From Thalia democratica (lineage: Eukaryota), in the NCBI GenBank assembly GCA_965202585.1, contig OZ241832.1, positions 52,576,001 to 52,640,000 of the forward strand: DNA of 64,000 nucleotides, read 5' to 3'. This document shows positions 10,445 to 22,400 of this stretch, one piece after another. The notes beneath the pieces were generated by a model. The model saw nothing but the letters and a program-made list of their open reading frames with translations, ran no database searches and had not been told where the DNA came from. Numbering within the stretch: position 1 is the stretch's first letter; each line of letters opens with the position of its first letter. A program made the translations under genes and the position numbers.

Positions 10445-13400
10445 CTGAAACAATAAGTTTTTTTTTATCAATTGAAAAACCTTGAAACAACAAGTCTGGA
10501 GAAATTAAGGTGGTCGTGATTTAAAGAAGCAAAAAATAACAGTGCGCTTTTAATTTCTAAAAAAAACAATTATAGATTTTAAACTGTTCTGAAAAAGATA
10601 AATAAAAACTTTATCAATTATAAGTTTGGGGAATTTATGGAGAAATATTGTATTGTAAAAAACTTCTAGTTAAGCAAAATTAAGGTTAAAATTACAAAGA
10701 AACCTACGAATGGTCAACTTTTAAATTGGGTTTTTTCACACCATTTGAAAGTTCAGCAAAACCCAAATTCAGTTAAGAAATCATATTGAAATAAATTACA
10801 TACCTTTTAATGCCAACTTGTTTATTTTATGACACTTTATTTGTTTAGTCATTTTTTACCCAGTCATGATCAGTTATGGGAAATGGTTATATAAATTTAA
10901 ATTTTTGTAAGAAATTACTATTTTTTCACAACAGATTTAGTACTTAGTGTAGTACTTATATACGTAAAAAGAATCTTATTTTTTTATACTTTATATTAAA
11001 CTTAAACTACATTATTCTTTTATATTTTTCTTAGAAGCAACATGTTTATAAACTTAACAAGATCTTAGTATAGAAAAGTAAAAAATTTAACTATAAAACA
11101 TAGCTTGTATTTAGCTAGAAAAAATAATGTTCTTAACAAGAAAAATCAAACAAAAAATAAAGTCTATTTTATTTATAAATATTTATATAAAAATAATAAA
11201 ACAAATACCGATAGCGGCTTTAGCGCTTCCAGCGTGGCACTGCATCACTTGTCCCTTGTAATGAAGAGTTGCAGTTATGTTTATTATGTTTCCTCCGTTC
11301 TCCTACAACATAGAAATAAAATATAGAACGATTCAGCAAAATATACAACTTCATTGAATTTAAAAGAAAACCGTTTACAATTAGGTATATTCTAATTGGT
11401 GGAAACTCTTTTGTGCGCGTTTACTTTTGTTTTTAGATAGTTTATAAAACATCACCAAATCTCCTGATAATGATATTAGTTATTTGAAATGCAAGCCATT
11501 TTATTTTTTACTTCTTTGAACTAAGAAAACTATAACCATAGAATAAAAAATAGGCAAACACATTACTTTGATGTTTATTCCACAAAAGTATAGAAACATG
11601 GAATAGTTTTCTTTTAGTTATTCTTATATAAAAAACACAAGAGTCATTACTAACACTGTAGTTCGATTTGAAATTAACATATTAACTTCTAGAAAAAAAA
11701 AATAATATTTCTTAAATTTGAGCTTTAAACCACTTGTTTTTTTTTTAATACTTTAAAATTTTTTACTCACTTTGAAGTAAGCTGTGTAAGCTGCTTTTGA
11801 AGCGTTGAATGTGCCCATGGTGTCAATTTCCATGACGGTTTTGAACGCGTTGTACGACAAGTTGTCCACCGGGCTCAGGAAGTTACCCGCGGCGCCTGTC
11901 AACAACAACTTGTAAGCAATGAGTGGCTTTGTACTTTGTATAAGCATTTAAACTTACAGTTCACAAGAATGTCGAGCTTGTTCAGCTTTGAAAGGGTGAT
12001 TGACATTGCGTTTTCAATTTCTTCAGGCTAAACAAATACATGTTAGGTAAAATTTATGTATATATATATAGTTAAAAGCTTTTAAAAGCAAACCCAAAAA
12101 TTGTACCCAACTTGCAAATCACCTATGGGATCTACACAGTAACCATATAAAATACTCTATTGAATGGAAAATAGTAGAATCAGTAAAATCTATCACAAAC
12201 CATACTAACATGTGCACTTTATGTAACCTAGAAAGACTCCATATAGCCCTAGCAGACAAAAGAAAAACCTTAAACAAGAGAAACGAACTGATAACCCAAT
12301 GCCCACATTACTTAAATGAATATTTATAATTTATATCTCACATAGGTATCAATTTTATTAAGATATTTTATTATTTGTGCATGTATTATAATATTATTCC
12401 CATTCTCAGTCTTAAACTGTTAAAACTATTTTATTTTTATTTTTTCTCTTTTTCAAGTCTGTTTATTAGTTAAATACATTTTATTAAGATATAAGATAAA
12501 TTGTGCATGCCTTATAATATACCCATTTCCAGTTGTAAATCATAATTATTGGAGAATTAGTATATATATTTTTTTTTTGAGTTGGATTATTAGTAGTTTA
12601 TACTCTCTTTGATTATCTCTCAACTAAATATATTTAATTTTTTATCTTATTTTTTAAATTTAACATCTGAAATCTAACCCTCATTCTATTTTTCGCTTAT
12701 CTAATATTTTTCACAAAAAGCCATTTTATTCTTTGTCATCATAATACAACTGTGTTAACAACAACAACAACAACAATGCTTTCATAAAAATTTTTAATGT
12801 TTACTCCCTGGTTTTATTTTGAAATTTATTTTGAACATTATTACATTATTAATTTATTATTAGAACTGTGTGCTTAATAATATGTATCTACTACTCCATA
12901 ACTTCTAACTCTGTAAAAGTTTTTATCTTTTTAAATCCATTAGATATCAATACCCCACTGTATACTATGGTTTAATTGTATTGTTTGTAGACTATAATTT
13001 GATAGCTTTTAAATTAAAGGTTGTTTTGCATCAATATAATTATTAATCTATTTATTATTATATTTTTTTTTTGTTTATAAATTCAACTCAAACCAATTTT
13101 TAATTATTTGCCATTTTTAACATTATTATTTTACTACAGAATTACAATTTGAAAATCCGCTCTGCGGTGAAACTGAGTAATTGTTTATTCTCAAAAATAA
13201 TAATTATTAATTCATATATATAGTTGCAAAAAATTAAGTTTTCGAAAATTATTTTGAATTTAGCGGTGTGGGCGTTATATGAACACGGAGCAACTGCTTT
13301 AAATGTGATGTTTATTTTGTATTTGAAACTGCACTTTATTGAATGTTATTTTTTAAATTTAAAAACATTCGAAATGAAATAGGTAAGAATGAACGAAAAC

Positions 13401-16400
13401 AATGTCTAAGATAGTTAATTTTGCTCCGCACCTCTTACGACTTCATGATGCATTACTCCGTCTACCTTAACATACAAATTAAACTAAACCGACTTTTCTG
13501 ACGTCCATTTTAACGGGTATGCAGGTCCCACTAGTGGCAGCCGACAGTTTTTCTGCCGCTTGTGAGACTCTCTCGAAGTTCCTGCTGCCAATCACACAAG
13601 AACAACCGTGCCTGCGTTTTAATTTATTAAAAAAGATAGAAAGAAATCACTATAAATACTATATTTAAAAATTTATATTTCTTTTGTTTGCTTTTGTAGT
13701 AAAATTAACCTAGAAAAACGTTGAACTCTAACACGAGAAAAACTGTCTTTTAGTATATGAGAGTATGGTAAAAAGAAGACCGATTTGGATAAGTATTGAA
13801 CAACATACTTATTTTATATTCGTTTGTACTAAAAAAATTTAATTCTGCCTCAACTTTAAAATATTTGTTTAGTTCTGCCTCAACTTTTGTTGAGTTTGTA
13901 GCAATTTTAACTTCATAGTTTTCATAAATTCCCGAGACAACAATTTTAGTACATTATTGTAAGATATAAGACAAACAAGAAAACTTAAAAAATAACTAAA
14001 TATTTTTACTAAATTAAAAACCAAAAATAGTTTTTAAACACATGATCATAAGTTTTCTTAAAAGTTTTGAAATTGAGTAAAAACTAAAATATGAAGTACA
14101 TTTATATGATTTATTTTGTTATTAACAGCTGTATCCATTAAAAACTATTATGGATACAATGAAATAGTACAAACTCTAAACTTTATAATATCTTTTTTTT
14201 TAGTATAAATTAAATACTAAGAATAAAATTGCTGAAAATATGTATTATAAATAAACATAAAACTACGTAGTATTTACTTTTAAAAAAACATTTTTTATCT
14301 TTCAGTTGTTATGCGTTATGTAATAAAAATAAGCAAAAATATTTTACAGCACTAATTGTTTCTAGTGTTGAAAAGATTACAAAAAGTTCAGACTCAGTAT
14401 CCTAATACATTGTTAACAGTATGCTATCACTAGTTTACTTAAACATATTTTAACAGCAAAACATACTATTTTATAAAAACAGTTAGACAAATTTATGATT
14501 CTTCAGTTATGGAAGTAATAAAAACTAAACAAAAACGAGTAACTAGTTTAGTTTAAGTTCAAAATATTTTACCTCATAAAAAAATCAGTTATTATAAAGC
14601 TCATATTATATGTTTTGGTTTTAAGAAAACAAATAGAGAGATCTCAACTACTGGAGGAGAAATAATGAATTTATTCTCTCAAAAATTTATTTTACAAACT
14701 AAGACCGAAACTTAGTTTGTAAAATAAATTTTTGAGAGAATAAATTCATAGAGCTCATATATCATATAATATTATAAACCTCATAAAAAGTTCAGTTATT
14801 CTAAATCCAATTCCTGATCCTCCACCTGTGATGAATGCTACTTTGTCCCTGATAAAAAAAGTTTTATTATATTTAACATCTTTTAAAAGATTTTTACAGC
14901 TTGTTTTTTATTTTACTGATCAAGTAACATTTATATAAACCTAAATAAGTTTAGAAAGTAAAATTTTTAAGAAGCAATTGATTATATTACAGTTTATAAT
15001 ACAAAAACTTTAAACTACAAGCACTTAAGATTTATTCTAAATACTACTGATTTATTTTAATAAAATAATAAAAGTTTTATTATGAATTTTCACTAATACA
15101 TAGTCCACTTAAAATATATTAGCAACATAAAGTTTTCAAAAATTAAAAAGTTTAATAATTGATTTACAAACTTAGATAAAACTATTTATAATATACTTTC
15201 ATAATAATGATTATTTTTCAGTTAGCGTAATGAGTTTTTTTCAGAAAAAAAATATGAACTTTATAGAGATAACAACGGAATTATAAATATAACAAGAATA
15301 AAGTACATGTGACATTATAACCATAAGTAAAGATCAACAGTGACAGATGAAGTCAAAATTTAATTTTAACAAAATCTAATTCCAGCTTTTTCTGTGAAAC
15401 CAATACCCATGATATAAAAAAACAGCATTCCAACTGAAACTTCAAAAAAGAAAAAAATTTGAAGTAAAATAAAAATCATATGTAAAGTTTATGAATAAAT
15501 TTTGAAGTTATATTTTAGGATATGCTGCTTAGCACTGTTAATTGCTGAATAAATTGGTAAATCAGTATTTAAAGTTGCTTAGCAAGATTGTGTCTTTTGG
15601 TTTAAGACTGTGTCTCTCAAAGTTTGCACAGTAGTAGTAGTAGTGCCTATGACAACATAGTTTATTTGTGTTTTTTTTTCGGTATGTTCTGTTTACAAAA
15701 ACTTTTAAGATGGTAACTATTTAATTGATTATTGGCATTTATCTGGTCAAAAGATACTGAACCGTGATAAAAATAAATTTTAACTTTCTGCAACGTATAT
15801 GGGAAATTTCTGCTAATGCAAGAAGCTAATTGTTAGCAAAAAATGAAATGGCAAAAATAGGTAGTTAATTATAAAAGCATATTAACTAAAGTAAATTAAA
15901 AATGTGCAAATTAGATATTTTGTTTACAACCAGCTTCAGTGGCAAAAATTGAGACCTTTTTAAGTATAATAAAATAGTAAACTGCACGTAACAATGTTGC
16001 TTATATATGATGGTCGCAATTTTTTGCCACCAAAACCTGGTTGTAAATGAAATATTTAATTTGCACATCTTTATCTAAATAAGCTCTTTACATTTATTAA
16101 ATTGAGCAATCTTGTTTAGTTAAGACAAACAACTATAAAAGCATATTAATAAAAATTGTTTTAACAATATTTTAGGTTTTTACAAGGCCCTAAATTAAAT
16201 GACTAGGCTGTATACTTAACTTGTAATATGTTGCTTGCACTCTCTAGGACATTGCGCTGATAGTAATATACACTTCAGAATACAGTGCAATTCATTGCAT
16301 ATATAGTTATGGTAACTTGTATAAATATTACTGCTGGACTCAATAATAGCAAATAGTAATTTCAAGTAAATTTATTTACTAATTACGACATCAAACTAAA

Positions 16401-19400
16401 AAAATTCATTGTCAAATTAAGAGACTATTTTAAATTTAAATTCCTTTTAAGGGCATAGGGGATCCAACACCTTTTTTTACAAAAACTAACTTAAGACCTT
16501 ATTTGAAAGCTAGAATTATATACTAAAAGATAGTTTTAACAGAAAAAAAAATCAACTTTTCAGATAATGCCAGTTGTGTGAAAAGTTTCTGATACAAAGC
16601 TATGGAGAAAAATGTTTAATTGTTGATTTTCTTGGAAGTTTTAACCTATACTAAAAGTTTATCATCTACTTCATTCTTAATCTACTACCTCAAATTAGGA
16701 AATGTTCCTTGCATTAATAAAAAAAATCCTATTGAAAACATTTTAAAAAGTTTTATAATAAAAATTAATATATAACCTTTTTTATTTTTACTTTTTTAAT
16801 AAAAACAATATTTTACTTTTAGTATAAAAAATATGTTCTTTAATAAAAATGCTTTTTACTAAGTTAGGATTAAATTCAGAAAGTTCCAAAAAGATTGATT
16901 AAAAGCTGTAGGAGAAGATAGATTTTAATGAAATAGTTTTTGTTTGCCTTTTTACTTTTGTCATTGAGCTTTTCCACTCTGTATCCTCATATCTCAAAAA
17001 CTAATTTGAATTTTATAGAACGGTAAAAAACAACTGCTAGCTTAGTTAAAGAACTTTAAAATAAGATCAACATTTAAAAAAAGTCCTTACTCCTCTATGC
17101 CCAAAATACATTTATAGCAGGGTTTCCCAACCAGGGGTTTTCACTCCCCTTGGGGGTGCAAGATGGCTTTTCAATTATTTTGATTAATAAGGATATTTTT
17201 CTTTAACTTGGGCAACTGTAAGCCTAAAGTTATTTTACTAAACAAAACATAACATAGCATTTTTAAAGCTAACAAGCAACAAAATCATATAAAAAATTAA
17301 AGTTTTCATCATTAGCTTATACTCTAATTGCATAATTTAAACAAAGCTTTCAGACTCAATACTAATTTAGTTGTTATTTTGATTTTAACTGTTGATTAAC
17401 AAAAAAAACATTACTTTCATTACCTGAATCTAAAGCTTGTTAAAGTTATTGTATTTTTTAAAAACTAATGTTTTTTTACAAGTTTATGAATAATGTGGGT
17501 GTGATGTGATAAAGCCATGTGTATTACAAATGAGAAAAATTGTTCTGGAAAAAGAAGCTTCAAAAAAGCTTGAATTAGTCAAGTTATCAAATAATGTTAT
17601 TTAGAGTCGAATTAGTGATTTAAGGTTGGATATTTTGGACCAAGTTATTGCTGATATCAAAGCTAGTCCATTAAAAATCTCTCTTAAGTTGGCAAAACAA
17701 CAGATGTTGAAAATTGCAGTCAGCTGATGGAATTAGTGAGATATGTGCATGATGGTATCATAAAGGAAAATTTCTTATTTTGTGGAGATCTGAAGAGAAC
17801 CACCAAAGCAAAAGACAAGAAAGTCAAAGCTTTTCTTAAGTAACATGACTATGACCATGTCAAAGAAATGCAGTCAATGAAATTTATTCAAATAATAGCT
17901 TATTTAAATGGCATTTTCAACCGTATAAATAACCTGAGTGAATCTATGCAAGGGAAAAATATAAACATATTAAAATGTTGTGAAGTGTTAAAAAATTATA
18001 AAGAACAGTTACATCTCTAGTGTAGACAAGTTAAAAGAGGCAAATTATCCATCACTCGAAGAAGTGACTGATGAAGATGAGTCTTTAATTCTAAGTGTGA
18101 GTGAAGAAATTATGGATTATATGACGGACATTCTATGTTTTGGGTTTATTACGGATGTTATATGACAAATGATGAATTTTAAATAATAAACTTATTGAAT
18201 TGCGCACGAACTTGCAGTTTGAAAGCAATTTTAGTTGGTCATTTTACTGTTTTCCTATAAATGGTTAAGTGTCAAATATAAAGCATAATTACTATACTAT
18301 TTAACAAACCAAAACTCAGCACTTGTCTTCCCACATATTTTAACATATTAAACTTTAACTTGAAGGTTGAAATATGTTTATTCATGTATCAATAAATCTC
18401 GTCTCCACCGGGTGACCATTTATTGTTTATCATTCTTGAGACCATTTATCTTCAGTTAGGCTATCATAACTGCAACAAATGGTACCATATATGCTGCCTG
18501 AATATAACAGAAAAAGATTACAATGCACTGGAATCAAAAGAATATGTTTGCAGTTTTTGTAAATATATAGCACTAAACAATTAAATGAGTTAGTGTTTAT
18601 TATTATTCCAAAAATTTGTTTTATTATAAAAATAATGAAACAAACTATGAAATAGTAATACACAAATAAAAAGTTTCAACGTTTCAAGTTTAAACTTAGT
18701 AGGTTGAAAAATGAGAAGAATGCTAAGTTTTGGTTCGTTAAATTATGTAGTAATTGTGCTTTGTAATAGACACTTAAACATTTATAGGAAAACAGTAAAA
18801 TGACCAATTAAATTGACACCCATTGGAGACAAGAACTAGAAATACACAAATAAAAAGTTTCAATGTTTAAGTTTAAGTTTAGTATGGTAAAACATGAGAA
18901 GACTAGTGCTAATTTTTCACTAGAATTTATAAATATTGAATTTCAAATTTCATAATAAGTTCCTGCTCATATTGCCCACTTGGTAGAAATTGAAACAATA
19001 ATTGCTCTTTAATAGATATTACACTTGTAATAGTTAACTTCTCATTTACTTCTAGTAATTAACTCTTATATAATAAATATCTTCTAATAGACAAAGTCTT
19101 TTCAAGGGGAATATATTGTCCAACTTGAGAGTCCAATTTTGTTGGAAAACTTAACAGCATCAAATTCTTAAGCAAGTTTTAAATGATTATGTAATAATAA
19201 TAAATGATAATATAAATGAGTATGTAGAAATTAGTGAGCGAAATAGTTCAAGTTAGTATAAGCTTTAGGAACAACTTATTAATCTACAATTTTTTTTATC
19301 AAAAAGTACTTTTATTAATTAAGTTTAATCAAAAACATCTTTTAGATTACAGAATTAATAAATTCTTAGTAAAACTAATGTACTTACTTTAACAAGTTTG

Positions 19401-19476
19401 GATTGAAAAAATAGTTGTAATGAGACAAACAGTCATCACCCTCTGTTTCGTTGTTTAAGTCTCTCTTGCAAGACAT
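10337..19476 (-). CDS. DECR2: Peroxisomal 2,4-dienoyl-CoA reductase (SDR family), multi-exon, 3' end missing from the window
   Basis: Seven exons splice in frame with GT-AG boundaries (673 nt, 224 codons): [56 protein letters not shown]...MDVRK-PEEI...[14 protein letters not shown]...[16 protein letters not shown]...[21 protein letters not shown]...VAPGPI. Contains the [13 protein letters not shown] motif and the DECR2-type HAGSAK. Confidence 0.93.
11209..11302 (-). CDS. DECR2: DECR2 coding exon 6 (94 bp)
   Basis: TGTTGTAG| [32 protein letters not shown]|GTATTT. Confidence 0.92.
11771..11895 (-). CDS. DECR2: DECR2 coding exon 5 (125 bp)
   Basis: TTGACAG| (C)[41 protein letters not shown] |GTGAGT. 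Confidence 0.93.
11958..12027 (-). CDS. DECR2: DECR2 coding exon 4 (70 bp)
   Basis: TTTGTTTAG| [24 protein letters not shown]|GTAAGT. Confidence 0.88.
12071..13213 (+). mobile_element. 5'-truncated Penelope-like retroelement (PLE) remnant in DECR2 intron 3
   Basis: Open frame 12072-12329 ...[25 protein letters not shown]...[33 protein letters not shown].. matches the C-terminal GIY-YIG-region pattern of PLE proteins (WxI, CxLC, LNKRxE, CxH). Flanked by (TA)n at 12059-12070 and 13214-13222, with a hammerhead-like motif near the 3' end. Confidence 0.72.
13144..13184 (+). ncRNA. Minimal type I hammerhead ribozyme-like motif (U3-A8 variant)
   Basis: ACAAT-TTGAAAA-T-CCGC-TCT-GCGG-T-GAA-AC-TGA-GT-A-ATTGT. 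Stem I ACAAT/ATTGT, stem II CCGC/GCGG, stem III AC/GT, GUA cleavage triplet, in the position expected within a PLE. Confidence 0.55.
13494..13611 (-). CDS. DECR2: DECR2 coding exon 3 (118 bp)
   Basis: ACGCAG| [39 protein letters not shown] |GTCGGT. Confidence 0.9.
14665..14749. repeat. Perfect hairpin: 39-bp arms, 7-nt loop
   Basis: 14665-14703 is the exact reverse complement of 14711-14749; loop ACCGAAA. Confidence 0.95.
14780..14848 (-). CDS. DECR2: DECR2 coding exon 2 (69 bp)
   Basis: TTTTATCAG| [24 protein letters not shown]|GTTTAT. Confidence 0.92.
16451..17102. mobile_element. Second copy of the TTAA/GGGCATA element
   Basis: TTAA|GGGCATAGGGG at 16447 and TATGCCC at 17096-17102 (right flank AAAA). 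Internal motifs are shared with the 6019 and 30184 copies. Confidence 0.55.
17118..18120 (+). pseudogene. hAT (Charlie/Buster, ZBED5/ZBED8-like) transposon remnant with a broken transposase
   Basis: TIR CAGGGTTTCCCAAC at 17118. From 17512 the translation is [29 protein letters not shown]..., then after a frameshift [40 protein letters not shown], and later [22 protein letters not shown]. Contains stops, frameshifts and deletions. Confidence 0.8.
18226..18815. mobile_element. Old foldback element: ~160-bp inverted arms (roughly 80% identical) around a ~270-bp spacer; partial extra arm copy at 18841-18915
   Basis: TTGGTCATTTTACTGTTTTCCTATAAATG at 18235 is the exact inverse of 18779-18807, and similarity continues inward. 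No TSD seen. Confidence 0.7.
18456..18584 (+). pseudogene. PHD-finger-like coding fragment
   Basis: After the acceptor-like ATCTTCAG: [42 protein letters not shown]. This is PHD ligand 3-8 spacing with ligand 3 Cys replaced by Tyr (TAT). Confidence 0.6.
19388..19476 (-). CDS. DECR2: DECR2 coding exon 1 (89 bp)
   Basis: ATG at 19476; encodes [18 protein letters not shown]; donor AA|GTAAGT. Not in the ORF track. Confidence 0.85.
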
Positions 19477-22400
19477 GCTTCTTGAAGTTTTTACGGTACG
19501 AAGGTTATTAAAAGACTGTCTCCTGAAATTGGTCAAAAAAATTGTTTTTAAGGACATCATTTTAACATTTGTTAATAATTAACTGCTTTTGGTTTCACTA
19601 ACTATTGTGTTCTGCAATTCCTTTACAACAAAGTAATCCCCTTTTTAATAACTAAGTCAGTGTGTATTTTTTGAAACATGAAAAGTAGCAGTAAACAACA
19701 AAGTTTTTGTTTATTCTGTAAAAATGTTGTGAGGTTAAGTAAGACAATCACATATAACTAAAATTATTAAACCAAGTATATATAGTGTATTCTAGTTGAT
19801 TGTATTATGTAAATATTAGGTCAGTAAAACAAAAACTTGTTTTTAACTTTTTTCACGAAAAATAAAGTTACCATCAGTAGTATATACAGGAAACTATTTT
19901 TAAGGGTCAGTCTGACTGTCTGAGCAAAAAAAAAGCTGAATCAGCATTTTTTAAAGATTTTTTTTTTTTTACATCGTTATACATAACCACCTAACCAAAA
20001 CATAACAAAAGTTAATAAAAAGTAAAGTTTTGATAATTAAAAAAAACATCTTGAAATTTTTTTTTTTCTTACTCAGCAATCTTTTTAGTTCAGTTCGAGC
20101 CTCAGACTTACCTTTAAGTATAGTATACGTAAATATATATTAAAAAATAACGTATTTTTAATTGTTTTTATAAAAGTTATAAGACAAAAGATTTATTGAC
20201 ATAAAAAGTATATTTTTTAAGTTTGGAATTTTTGTCATTTTTAAAGTAAAAAGATCTCAAAAAACAACAAAATCAGCTTTATTTTTCAACTCTTTTATTT
20301 ATTCCGGATACTGTATAAAAAAGTGTATTATTTTAGTGATAGGAATTACTACAACTTTAACTTTACATTTCTATTAACAATTTAGAAGCACCATTAGCTA
20401 ATAAATTAAAGTTTTATGAGCTTTAAATAACGACTTTGGTACATTAAATAAGTTATAAACTTGAATAAGTTTCTAATAACTTTTCGTTACTATTAATGCG
20501 TATTATGACTTCCTAAAATGATATAAAAGGAAACACTAAATGTAAACCAGTATGTAAAACATGTTTACTTATAATATCTAAAACTAGTTCAAATCACATA
20601 TCAAAAAATGAATAATAGGTTTTTTAGAAATATGAGATGAGGTATATAAGTGTTTTAGTCATGTCGCGTAAATAGAACTTTCTCTACAAAGGTGAAGAAT
20701 TAACTTAGGGGCTCAAAACTTTTTAAAGTTTGAAGTTTAAAACACCGAAACTTAAACGATGGTTATGGGGGTAAAAGGTTCTGCAAAAATAAACCTCAGA
20801 CTTAATCTTTCTGAGTATTTTTTTTGGGTTTTTACGATACTTGAGATATATTAAACCAAAAATTATATACAGTAATAATTTTTTATTTGCTTTTTCTGTG
20901 CATTTTGATCAGAAATTCTTTGCTGCATTCTCAATCTTATTATTTAGTTATCTTTACTTATAAGTTTTTCCATTAAAATCTATCTTTTAAATTTTTTTGT
21001 TTAAGTTGCAGTTTTTGATTACTTAGATTGGAAATTCTCTACTTATTAACTTTAAAAAATCTTTAAAAATATAAATTTCCGAAGTATTTGTTGCACTTGT
21101 ACTACTAAAACTTTATCTATCACTTTCGAAGCTTTTATAGGTTAATTTACAGCTAACTAACGTTTCCTTTTTGTTGTTTTTTAAGACTACTAAAGAGTTT
21201 AATAACAGCTTTTCGTTAGAAAATTAATAAAAAACATGTTTATACAACATAACGTTACCAATATTTTTACCAGGTTAAGCATAGCTCTTTGAGTTTAATG
21301 TACAATTATTTACTAGATGAAACAAAACATTTATGGTTGTAAAGGCTTTTAATATCTTTTTTAGTCTAACTATTAGATTTTTAGAAAAAAGGTATTACTT
21401 CTTATTTAAAAAAATTAAATCAGCATTTGAAATAGGTTTTTGATTTAGTATATTATGTTATTAGTTGATTTTTAGTTAATTGCTTGTTTATAAACAGCGT
21501 AAAACTTATAAAAAATGAACAAAGTACATAAAGTTGATAACATCAAGATATAAAATTAAAATAAAAAAATTAAATAAAACTTTTGAGTGCTTCAAAGTTA
21601 CAAACTTGAAAAACATGTGACTTTAATCGGGGCTGTTTAGGAGATTGTGGGTTAATATCATAATTAGCAATTCTATCTCAAAAACCTGAATTTTCAACTA
21701 AAATCGCGCCATCGATCCACCGCTCAAAAAACAGAGTGGAATTTTCCTTTAAAACGTTTGTCAGGGGAAAATTTGTGTAACGGTTGATGTCACCCTGCCG
21801 TTTTATAGTAAAACTTTTTCTTACGCTGTACTCTCAAAATTTGGCCCTTGGTTTAAAAAATAGTTTTCGGAAAGCTTTACAATGTAAACCTTTCGCTTGC
21901 TCAGTCCGAAAGAACGATTGCAAATCGTTTAGCGTCTTGTTTTGAAAATGCTTCTGTTAAACACGCTTGTTATAATTCTCACACACCATCTGAAAGAACA
22001 TATCCGTTTTTTTTTTATAATGTTGTTTAGTGGTAGTATGGTAAGTTAATTCAGCTGGGAAGCAAATAGTACAGTGTTGATCCTCATGGACCACTTTATT
22101 GCCGAAGTAGTTAGTTCAAAGTTCAGTTGTTCAAAGTTCAGTTGTTCTTTGCCTGTATCCACCTGTTGGTAAGACAGCAAAAAAAAAACGGATCTAGCAA
22201 CGCTTACGCCCTAATCGTAACGAAAAATCTTTAAAACTTTAAGATCCAAACTGCAATTTGAACCGACGTGTTCCAGATAAAGAACTGACTCGTTCTGTCT
22301 CAACGACTGATGACGCGAATAAAGGGGAATTTTTGGTTGGTGTGGACAAACTTGAACCATGCTCTTGGAATGTAGCTTCTTTGCACTCTAAAAAGTTTGT

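Noticed and set aside
10197-10493. 98-aa ORF as a stand-alone gene
   Set aside because: It is DECR2 exon 7 read through into flanking intron and the duplicated junction.
19523-19540. Spliced-leader trans-splicing at acceptors near start codons
   Set aside because: Each acceptor has a plausible cis donor upstream, and no SL evidence is available from DNA.
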